Part shown: positions 54,901 to 64,000 of the stretch, piece by piece
Numbering within the stretch: position 1 is the stretch's first letter
Layout: each line of letters begins with the position of its first letter
NCBI GenBank assembly: GCA_903813345.2
Contig: CAIIXF020000001.1
Location: 21,824,001-21,888,000 of the forward strand
DNA from: Owenia fusiformis
Taxonomy: Eukaryota
DNA: 64,000 nt
Direction: 5' to 3'
Translations under genes and position numbers: made by a program
The notes under the pieces: model-generated
What the model was told of the DNA's origin: nothing
Database searches by the model: none
The model's input: only the letters and a program-made list of their open reading frames with translations

Positions 54901-57900
54901 TTTGTACAATTATTTCATACACCATATTAGAACATATACCAAAATATTGTATTGGTATTGTTGTTTATTAGAATGTATTACATACAAAGCTTTTGTATTT
55001 GATCAATGGAGCTGAAGGTTGGCTATATATTCCTGTATTATTAAGCCGCCAAACTTTTTTGCCAAGACAATCTTTTGATGTCATGTTTCATTTCTTCCAA
55101 ATTTCACTCGCACACAGACGTGTGATGTCATTTATATAAGGTAGCCATGGAAATAAAGGTATGTCATACAACAATTATGTTCGTATCATTGAATATATGC
55201 CTTCGGTCTGTCGTAATATAGCCCTCGCAAGCTCAGGCTATATTGATGACAGACCTCAGGCATATATTCAATGATAGGGACATAACTGCTAAGAATAGCA
55301 TTGGCATTTCAAAATCAATTCAATATCAATATGTATATTTAGTGCAAAACTACAATTAGTTGATTTATTTCATTGAAACATTTTGATCCTGTTACAAAAC
55401 AAGGGTAGTTTGTCCCTAGGCCACAGCATATAAAATTTGAACCAAATCAGTCGACTAGTATCTAAGTTATCAAAGATTACGTTCTTTTACGAAAAATGGC
55501 AGCCAATTTAAAATTGAACTTCCATCTTGAAAATCCCTTCTCGAGTAAAGCTCCTATGTCCCTAGGCATCAGCGTGTAAAATGTGAACCAAATCCATGTC
55601 CCTAAGCAACAGCATATAAAATTTAAACCAAATCGGTCAATTAGTATTTGAGTTATCAATGATTATATTTTTTACAAAAAATGGCCGCCATTTTGAATTG
55701 AGTGGCCATATTGTAAATTCCTTCTCGAGCAGAGGTCCTACACCCATGAGGCATAAGCCTATAAAATTTGAATCAAATCCGTCAACCAGTATTTGAGTTA
55801 TTGACTAACAGATGGATGGACAGATGGCAGGATGGACGGATGGGTGGCTTTTTATATCCCCCTCGAACTTTGTTCGGTGGGATAATAAAACCAATGTGTG
55901 TGATTTCTCTCTTTGATGTTCTTGTACATACCACACAGAGCAAGTTTCATTCCAACTTCCACATCTTTGATGTTTGGGTTCATTATACCAGGTGTATCAA
56001 ACACATAGATCTTTGGCCTATTGCACACCTAAAAGTACACAACATAAGTAAGGATATTTGTCATAATGAAAGTGTCACGAATAGCTGAATTGATATGGTA
56101 TACTGTATGTTAAAAATATTCAAAAAGAAGAAAGTCTCCATTTTTGTAAATTATATTTCAAAGTTGTCAATGTAATTCTCCACAATTCAATGGCAGCACA
56201 GAAGGTTTAACTCCGTGGAATATATATATATGTATGTATATGATGTGATATCATGTGTTGACGAATAAAAGAGACTAAAATAAATAAAGAGAGTGATGAT
56301 TCTTGTATTATTTTACCTTTCATGGATAGAAAAATATATAGGGCTTTGAAAGAGAAAGAAAAATAGTCAAGAAGTCTACCTTGAGGTTGAAAGATTTATA
56401 CATGATACCAAAACATTATGGTACATATCTTTCATGAAACTGATCGATCTAAAGATGATAGCTGACTCTATTGACCTTGACTAAGATCAGATGTGATTTC
56501 AATTTTCAATGTTTTAGAAACCCTATCTAAAATATTTGGGATAAAATTGCCTCGTATATACCTTATAATAGTGTTTTTGGCCATATCTAAAAAAAAGAAT
56601 TGTTCCTTACCCTGATTCTTTCCAAGACACTTCTAGTAATCCCTGGTACTGCACCTACACTTGTAGCTTTGCCTGAAAAAACAAATTAAGGTTCAAAAAG
56701 GGGTTTATTTACCTAACATGTGAAGATCTCCATTGTCACGCTGTGCTGAAGTTCTCTTCTGGTGTATTGATTTATCTAATTATTATTATTATATCTTGGT
56801 TACCGTCATATTTGGCGAGCAATACCTCATTGGTATATTCCGTATTTTACACTCGAAGATAGAGCCAGAATCCCCTCCTTGGAGGAGCCCTGTGTTCTTT
56901 TATGTGCACAGGTACATGTACACAGACATACAGGTACACACCACAGCCTTTTATATGAGTCGTGAACCACGTTATTCCAGATAATATGGTATATTTGAAA
57001 GAGAGGTAAGCTGGAAGTTACTAAAATAACTCAAATAAATAGAAAATATTTGAGCTACTATTCACCAAAAGTCATTTGAGGGCAATTTGTATGTCTTACC
57101 TCCTTTTTTTAATTGTGTTTGACGTATTGCATTTATAAAAGAAGATTTGCCAACATTTGGAACCCCAAGAATCATCAGGTTGAAGTCAACTTCCTAAAAA
57201 AGAACAAAATATGGTGAAAAATAGCATTAAGTGAAGTGACCACTTTTATCCTACATTTTACATGTGCTTTAAGTTTTATTGGTATCAAAAGCACCACAGA
57301 ACACCAAGTAAGCAAGAATTTTTTTTCTAAACATCTCAATTTCAAAATCCTAAGAACTTAAACCATACCCTATCATTATTCACATTTGCATTGTCATACT
57401 CAAGAGAAATTAATTCTAAAATCCACTCTACATGTATCATAGTTAAGAAAAACACAAAATGAAATTCTGCGCAAGGGGCTAATGTAAAAAATCATTATCT
57501 TATATTTATTACACAAAATACATGACATAATATATTAATAATGTTACCTGAGCTCTATTATATCTATCCTCAGACTCTATGAGCTTTTTGAAGGCAGGCA
57601 CAATCTGTAAAGGGAGAAAAACCTGTCATTTCTGTATTATGCAAGTACCTGTACATACAAAGCAACTTCAAGTATATAGCTACAACACTCTCCCTTTCTT
57701 TTCCCTGCTTTGAGAAAGTTTATGGTGAATTTGAATGAATTAAACACTTTTAAACCAGGGGCTTTCTATAGCCATGGTTAAACACAGGGAAGTAATTCAA
57801 AATTATTTACCCAGCCTTTTTTATTTTTAAGCATATTATTGAAATAACAGACTATGCCAAAATGGCAAGTATTTACACCCTTGATTACATAAATCCCACA

Positions 57901-59155
57901 AGAGGTATAACTATACCTCTTTCATTATTGTTTTATTGTGTCCATCTTTAGAATTTGTATACATGACATTTTCAACTCCCTCCTTCCTTAATTGTTCCTC
58001 AATCTGATCTTTATTACTAAGATCTGCAAGGTCCATCTTATTTAATATGAATAAATGAGGTCGAACAAGTAATGTATCTCGGAATTTCGGATTTCGTCCA
58101 CTGAAAGGTATCCTTGCATCGTGTATCTCAACAATGAGGTCAACATCTTGCAGTTTACTCTGCATTTGCTTCATGCCTGGAATATGACAAACATTCCTTA
58201 ATTAAACGAACATTACTAAAATATAACAAACATTCCTCTAAATATGACAAACATTTCTCAAATATAACAAATAGTCCAATAATATAAGATACATTGTACA
58301 TTTACTGTATAACTGTATAATTGTGTCTTATAATTGATTTTGTGAGGAAGCCAACTGTTTTGGCTTGAATCTTAAACCTACATTCAAAAATCTCATTTTA
58401 AAATAATTGCAATTAAAACTTCTCATATAAGCTGATAATAGAAATCCAAGAATGTTTTGAAAGAACACTTTTTATATAAATATGTTACAACTTAGAAATA
58501 TGAAGTTAGAATTGATCAATTTCAATCAAAAGTCTATTTCAACATTGCCTTAGAGAGTGACCAGATCAGCCTGACCTTGAATTTATAACACAGGTCATCA
58601 ATTTCACCCAAATATGGAAAGTACAAAAATAGACCTGTCAATCAAAGTTTGAGCTGTTTCAAAAAAGCTGAATTTCAACTTGATACAAGGATTCACTATT
58701 TTGAATCTATAAAACATTGTTATTGTGAAGTTTAAAATTACAATTATTTGTATTTGCACTAATATTTAAAATCCATTATATCCATTGTTAAATTGCGAAA
58801 TACTTATGTAATCTAAATGAAATTCAAAGTTAAATGATGAAGCAACATTGGACTCATTGCCAAAATAGTGAGTTAAATTAAAGTGGCCAATTGAACAACT
58901 GAGCTGCCTATAAGATATATTATATAAAACTTTGTGGATAAGTAGACGGGGCTGCCCCAGCTTTGATAAAATGGACTATGGGAGTTTTAACAAGTGTGTA
59001 TTTACAATAGCTCATCAATATGGGCTAAATCTAGATATGATAGATATGAAATATTCTAAACCTTTCATCATATGTCCTGGAAACCAGTGTGTTACATCTT
59101 TTGTGGCAAATGTAAACTTCCGTCTGAACTTCAACGCTGATGCTGCTTTGGACAT
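39914..59155 (-). CDS. MTG1: Mitochondrial ribosome-associated GTPase 1 (RbgA/YlqF family), 9 coding exons, 324 aa
   Basis: Exons 59062-59155, 57917-58176, 57548-57604, 57100-57193, 56611-56672, 55932-56028, 41973-42054, 41582-41688 and 39914-40035; 975 nt with all phases consistent. Motifs [47 protein letters not shown] and [12 protein letters not shown]. Confidence 0.96.
40155..41081 (+). mobile_element. Terminal-hairpin element in the last MTG1 intron
   Basis: Hairpin 40173-40305 with loop GTGAGCGTAGCGAACGAG; inner IR TTATGCCACTC..CAATTACAGT / ACTGTAATTG..GAGTGGTATAA; internal duplication of about 50 bp. Confidence 0.7.
42451..42880 (-). mobile_element. LINE (CR1/L2 group) reverse transcriptase fragment, decayed
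   Basis: [30 protein letters not shown] and [12 protein letters not shown]. Confidence 0.85.
44715..45085. repeat. About 120-135 bp tandem repeat x3 (possibly a Helitron/Helentron-type internal array)
   Basis: AAAGTAGT.GAGCGATTTTGTTCATATTTG..GAATACTATAAGC.TGGCA.ACTGTCTAA..GGTAGAAGG repeated. Confidence 0.8.
46529..50950. mobile_element. Cluster of terminal-hairpin elements, four in head-to-tail tandem (47188-47592, 47597-48129, 48132-50550, 50553-50950)
   Basis: Hairpins with GAGTGAGCG(C/T)AGCGA or GC-rich loops; inner IRs of the form TTAT(C/T)CCAT..ATGG(G/A)ATAA; subterminal 21-bp repeats AAACCATCGAATATCACTTTT. Confidence 0.7.
48476..50320 (-). mobile_element. 5'-truncated LINE (CR1/L2 group): RT ORF2 with one frameshift and a (TTGAA)n 3' tail
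   Basis: ORFs 49493-50137 ([36 protein letters not shown]) and 48753-49496; on the minus strand AATAAA is followed by (TTGAA)4 at 48476-48503. Confidence 0.93.
51049..52237. mobile_element. Non-autonomous TIR element with 15-bp subterminal repeat arrays (Mutator-like)
   Basis: (ACCCAGTTGTCCGAA)n at 51058-51131 and inverted (TTCGGACAACTGGGT)n at 52157-52232. Confidence 0.75.
53378..54835 (+). pseudogene. MFS transporter (nodulin-like/MCH1-type), intronless CDS interrupted by one in-frame TAA at 54386-54388; nested antisense in an MTG1 intron
   Basis: ORFs 53378-54388 and 54389-54835 share a frame and together give 485 codons with about 12 TM segments; MFS motif A-like [10 protein letters not shown] and [13 protein letters not shown]; acceptor TTACAG at 53368. 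Confidence 0.8.
55174..55287. mobile_element. Terminal-hairpin element remnant
   Basis: TTATGTTCGTATCATTGAATATATGCC..GGCATATATTCAATGATAGGGACATAA imperfect palindrome. Confidence 0.55.
55385..55890 (+). mobile_element. Helentron/HINE-like repeat with internal tandem units, GATG microsatellite and 3' hairpin
   Basis: Three units of CCTAGGC..TATAAAATTTGAACCAAATC.GTC; (GGAT/GGAC)n; terminal ATCCC..CGAAC..GTTCG..GGGAT hairpin; related pieces near 42350-42450 and 45170-45230. Confidence 0.55.
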
Positions 59156-59456
59156 TATGGAACTGCAATAAAATCAGCAAATGTTATACATGTACTGTAA
59201 CAGATAAACAAAAGATCAAAGATATTCTAAATAAAAACTCATAGCATTCTTTACCCCCTAGATACTAAATGTATAAGGAGATGGAGTGCACTCCTGATAT
59301 GAAACATACATGTAAGAGAATGGAAGACAGAGATCAACCAGCCCTTTATGAAGATGGCAAATTCTACACATCGCACAGTACTTATGATTGTATAAATTGC
59401 ATAGTGCATACCTTTTTACTGTACATCTTTTCATTCCTGTGAACATTGGTACTCAC

Positions 59457-59500
59457 CTAGTTACGCTGACGATACGTCAGCGTAACAAGATGGAAAAACT
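59457..59500 (-). promoter_or_regulatory. Putative MTG1 5'-UTR exon or promoter with a 12-bp-arm palindrome
   Basis: Minus-strand donor AG|GTGAGT at 59457/59456; acceptor TTGCAG just upstream of the ATG; palindrome at 59460-59486. Confidence 0.5.
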
Positions 59501-59989
59501 TCCAGGCTTCGTTTTTGATAAGATATTTTTATTTCTCGATTCTACACCATTTATAAGTCAAGTTGTAGACAATAATTTGGCTCAAAGTTAAGAAAGATAG
59601 TTTAGTTTGAGAATATTCATGTGGTTCTACGAGTATGTTTGGTATATTAACGAAGACGCAATTCACATATTTAGTCCCTCGTTTTTGTTACTTTGACGAT
59701 CGTCATGCATATTGCCAATGTGACAATATTCATGATAAAGAAAGGAGCCATCGTACCAAGGAATATACACACTATATATACTAGTGAAGGAAGCACATCA
59801 GAGGTGACGGATACAAGCAGGATGAGAAAACGCGAAGCACCCTGAGGCGATAACATTGAGCCTGCGCCAACACCCAAAGATAAAGAATTGCCAAAGCAAC
59901 CCCCTCTTTTGATCACCAATCCAGAAAGGGACGAGAGCCAAGACGAGTAACAGCTAAACAGAACAAAAGTGTAAATAGTTTACATAAAA

Positions 59990-62750
59990 TGAAAGTAATA
60001 TATACAAATATGGATAGCCTCCCTAATAAGAAAGATGAACTTGAATTGATGACCCACAAGATGGAACCAGATATAATTGGACTTGTAGAAGTGAACGTTA
60101 AACGCAGGGACAAGAAATCAAGCCAAAAGAGGAGTCTCTAGAGCAGTTAAAGAATTCGAATGTAATATAGCCAAGCCAGGCAAAATCTCAGTCAAGAAAG
60201 TTCTGAGGCTACAGTAATAGCAAAAGGAAAACACAGAGTGGAATCCCTCAACTTGTTAGAGAGTATGGATCCAGAACAGAGAACGACCTTGACAAAGCGG
60301 AAGAGCTTAACAAATTTTCTCTAGTGTTTTCACCCATGAGAATAAAGAGAACATACCAGCTGGGCACTATATCAGACTGAATAACTACATACAGGACTGG
60401 AGATTCACGGAGGAGGATGTAATGAAGAAACTGGAATTACTGAAAGTAAGCAAATCACCTGGACCAGATATTAGAGAGATTTCGCACATACGTGAAAGTA
60501 CAACTTATACGTATACGTATACTTTAAAGGGTCATGTCGAACTATTATATTTACTAAAATCAATTTCAAATTGTACTTAATGGAACATAACTATTCACGA
60601 TATAGAAAAGCTCCATCAACTAGAGACTGTGAATGCACTGTCATCTGCACGTGTAGATTATGCACATTATAGTTAAATGCTTGCTTCCGTGTCCTAGTAG
60701 TTGTAGTGTATTATAAACACGATCCTTTAAAGTGAGTCATGATCCTTTAAAGCGAGTCATTACATAAACAAGTTGATTATTTCAAAGTTTTCATGATCAG
60801 TATAAGTTCAATGAACTTACAAAACCGTATATATACGAGATGATAAACGTATAGAGTTGGATCTCCGTATAAAGCTTTACCTGCATGTGTGTGGAACAAT
60901 TGACCGTAAGCATTTTTTAAAAATAATTTGCTGAGTAGCAATAGTATCCAATCAAATACGTTAACCATCAATTTGAAACACCAATCAAACCAGAAGGTTC
61001 TAGCAATTTCTGGAAACGACCCATTCAGTAGCTCAACAAATGACATACAGGGTGTTTCATAACGAGCATCTAAAAAAGGCAATTTGAGAAGAGATATACG
61101 TACAACATACGTACTATATATGAGCCTATTTTATTCTAGACAAGCACATTTGGATCAACTAAACATGCTACAATTCATGAAAGAACAAAGGCATCCCTTT
61201 GACCTTTATTTATTACAGTCCGAGAAGATCTTTCCTGACGAAAAGCCCACATTATGAAACACCTTGTAAGTTTGCTTATAAGTATAAGTATACGTTATAA
61301 GTTGTAAATTCACGCCGTGCGAAATCTCTCTAATATCAAGCCCCGTATACTTAAGGAATTGAAAGAAGTAATATGCAGACCCCTATACCTGATATTTAGA
61401 AAATCTATAGATACTGCTACATTACCCCAAGATTGGAAACAAGCCAACATTTCACCAATTCACAAGAAAGGCAAGAAATGTCAACCTAATAACTACAGGC
61501 CTGTAAGTCTCACATCTGTAGTGTGTAAGATTCTGGAATCTATAATAAGAGAAAGAATACTATCTCATCTTTCACAGAACAACCTCCTGTCGCAGTGTCA
61601 ACATGGATTCCTACCTTGTCGATCCTGCGTAACAAACCTACTTGTGACACTAGAAAAGTGGACTGAAGTACTAGACAGTGGAAGCAACATTGACGCTGTC
61701 TATCTTGACTTCAAAAAAGCCTTTGACAAAGTTTCGCATGAACGACTGATTAAAAAAAATACAAAACCTAGGAATTGTGGGTACAGCCCTCTAGTGGCTG
61801 AAAGCTTTCCTTGGTGCGGAACCCGGAAACAAATATGACGTCCCAGAGAACAGTGATTTAGCAGAAAACTGCAACAGTAATCAAGACCAATGTAGGAAGC
61901 AGAGAGTAATCATTAACGAAGAATCGTCATCATGGACCGATGTAACATCAGGCATACCCCGGGGGACAGTCCTCGGACCTGTCATGTTCCTGATATTCGT
62001 AAATGACAGGCAGTAAACAGCCCTCTGATTATGTTTGCTGATAATACGAAACTCTATAGAGAAGTGAATAACTCAGAGGACTGTAACGAACTACAACAAG
62101 ATATAATTTCCCTTGAACTGGACTCAAGAATGGCAACTACAGTATAATAGTGAAAAATGTAAAATATCAAGAATAGGAAGATCTCCCAGTATATAACTAT
62201 AGCATGGGCAACAGGGTTCTTCAAGAAACAGAAGGTGAGAAGGACCTGGGAGTAATGGTTACCATAATTTGAAAAATAGCACACAAGTACAGACGTTAGT
62301 CAAAAAGGCTAATCAAATACTGGGATTATAAGGTTCAAGGACCTTCCAATTTTTAGATTCCTCCAATATGTTGCTACGTTACAAAGCAATGGTACAACCC
62401 CATCTGAAATACGGAAATACAGTTTGGTCTCCATATCTAGTCCAAGACACCGAAGCAGTTAAAGCTGTACAAAGAAGAGCCACAAGATGTATACCAAGCC
62501 TGAAACATAAGGATATCCCCAAAGACTGAAAGAGTTAAAATTACCAAAACTTGTATTTAGACGTCTTAGAGGCGATATGATCAAAACATGGAAAATCTTG
62601 AATGAAAAGTATGACATACCAATAACCAATATCCTTCCCCTCTCCCAGAACATTGGCAGAACTTGTGGCAATAATATGAGAGTTTCAAAGAAAAAAAATA
62701 AGACAATACTGAGACAGGGATTTTTCACCCAGAGAATATGGTGAAATAGG
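59990..62750 (+). mobile_element. Decayed CR1-group LINE (endonuclease and RT), split by a DNA transposon
   Basis: KVIYTNMDSLPNKKDEL..PDIIGLVE, KSPGPD, NYRPVSLTS, QHGF, YLDFKKAFD and PRGTVLGP; multiple frameshifts. Confidence 0.88.
60472..61332. mobile_element. Non-autonomous DNA transposon (ISL2EU/Harbinger-like) inserted in the LINE
   Basis: AT|TAGAGAGATTTCGCAC..GTGCGAAATCTCTCTA|AT; interrupts the LINE motif SPGPD/NIKPRILKE. Confidence 0.85.
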
Positions 62751-62899
62751 CTAAAAGAAAGTATAATCAAAGGAGCGATCCTTACAACTGGTCGACCTAT
62801 ACCGAGCTTGCTGAACAGTTCTCCCAGAAGGCCCAACAAGCCGAATCTGAGTATTGGGATGAGCTGTTCAAGGAGCATGATACACACAGACCAGATAAC

Positions 62900-64000
62900 A
62901 TTTGGCAAACTATAAACAAATCTCAAAACAAAAGAAACAAAAAAATAGTCCAGCCTATAATATCTAAAGATGGCAATACCATCTATTCTACATACTAGGG
63001 ACATAGCTCAAGCAATGGTAGCTCAGTATGGAAAACAACAACAACTGGTCCAACAGTTTAGCACATGGTTTGCATTTGTAACCAACAAAGCTACTGAAAT
63101 CATAAATAAAGAAATGGATATCATTGCATCTCCGGATTATAACAACTCATGTGCTCCGGAAAATAAAGACATTGACCTCACTGAGGTAATCTCGGCCATT
63201 CAACAGATTCTACTAAAACGACCCCCAGCCCAAGGGAAAAGATTTTGAGTATTTTCATTAAAAAAGGCGGGAGTACACTTCACAAAGCTCTTTGGTTCTT
63301 ATCCCAAAAATGCTGGGAACAGGGGAGGCTACCATCAGAGTATAAAATAGACCCCAAGATTATGCTCAATAAACCAAACAAACCCAACTACAACTCAGAC
63401 CGAGCCTACCGCCCTATCACACTTGAAACCCTCATAGGGAAAATACTCCAAAGGATCATAAACCCCCGTCTCTCTTAGAAAAATGAAATAACCAATTCAT
63501 ATTCCATTTTCCAGGACGCCTTCAGAGAACATCACTCCTGCTCCCAAACAGTGCTCTGACTAATACAATCCATCCAACAAGCCTGGGGAAGAGGAGAAAC
63601 CATGATTGCCGTAGTCCTGGATTATGAAAGTTGTTTTGAACGAATTTGGCGAGAGGGACTCATATACAAACTGTTTAACAAAGGCATCAAAGGCAGGATG
63701 CTTGTGTATTTACATGAATACCTTAACAACCGACAATTCTCAATCACAACCAATGACTTTACCACACCACTAATGACATCAAAGGTGGGTATTCCTCAGG
63801 GGTCAATTCTCAGTCCATCCCTCTGTAACCTCTACACTGAAGACTCTATGACCTTTGTGAAATCCGCTACAGCAGGATTCGCAGATGATAATATCATGGG
63901 CACATGGTAAAGACATTGATTAGTTATCATCACAAATCAACGAAGACCTTAACCAAATAGCTGTTTCTTGGTGTGGAAAATGGAACATGGAAATTGCCCC
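62900..64000 (+). mobile_element. Second decayed LINE RT (different clade, I/Nimb-like), running off the window end
   Basis: AYRPITLETLIGKILQRII, LDYESCFERIW, GIPQGSILSP and FADD; contains stops and frameshifts. Confidence 0.85.

Overview
AT-rich, intron-containing animal (invertebrate-like) genomic DNA, not prokaryotic. I reconstructed three spliced genes exon by exon with GT-AG junctions and consistent phases: D-glucuronyl C5-epimerase (GLCE, +, 5 coding exons, 600 aa), a Hairy/E(spl)-type bHLH-WRPW gene with no recognisable Orange domain (-, 3 exons, 182 aa) and mitochondrial ribosome GTPase MTG1 (-, 9 coding exons, 324 aa). Other coding features are a 949-aa single-ORF multi-pass membrane protein of a family I do not recognise, an MFS transporter broken by one in-frame TAA and nested antisense in a 13.9-kb MTG1 intron, and an isolated THAP-domain exon. 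The rest is dense with mobile DNA: LINE fragments, Tc1/mariner, and MITEs with 2, 3, 5, 8 and 9 bp TSDs. The most unusual signal is about 12 non-coding elements that diverge in sequence but share one architecture: a 90-170 bp terminal hairpin plus an inner inverted repeat pairing with the far end. Four of them stack head-to-tail like cassettes at 47.2-51.0 kb, and one may supply the promoter and first exon of the 949-aa gene. Family names come from motif recognition only; no database searches were run.
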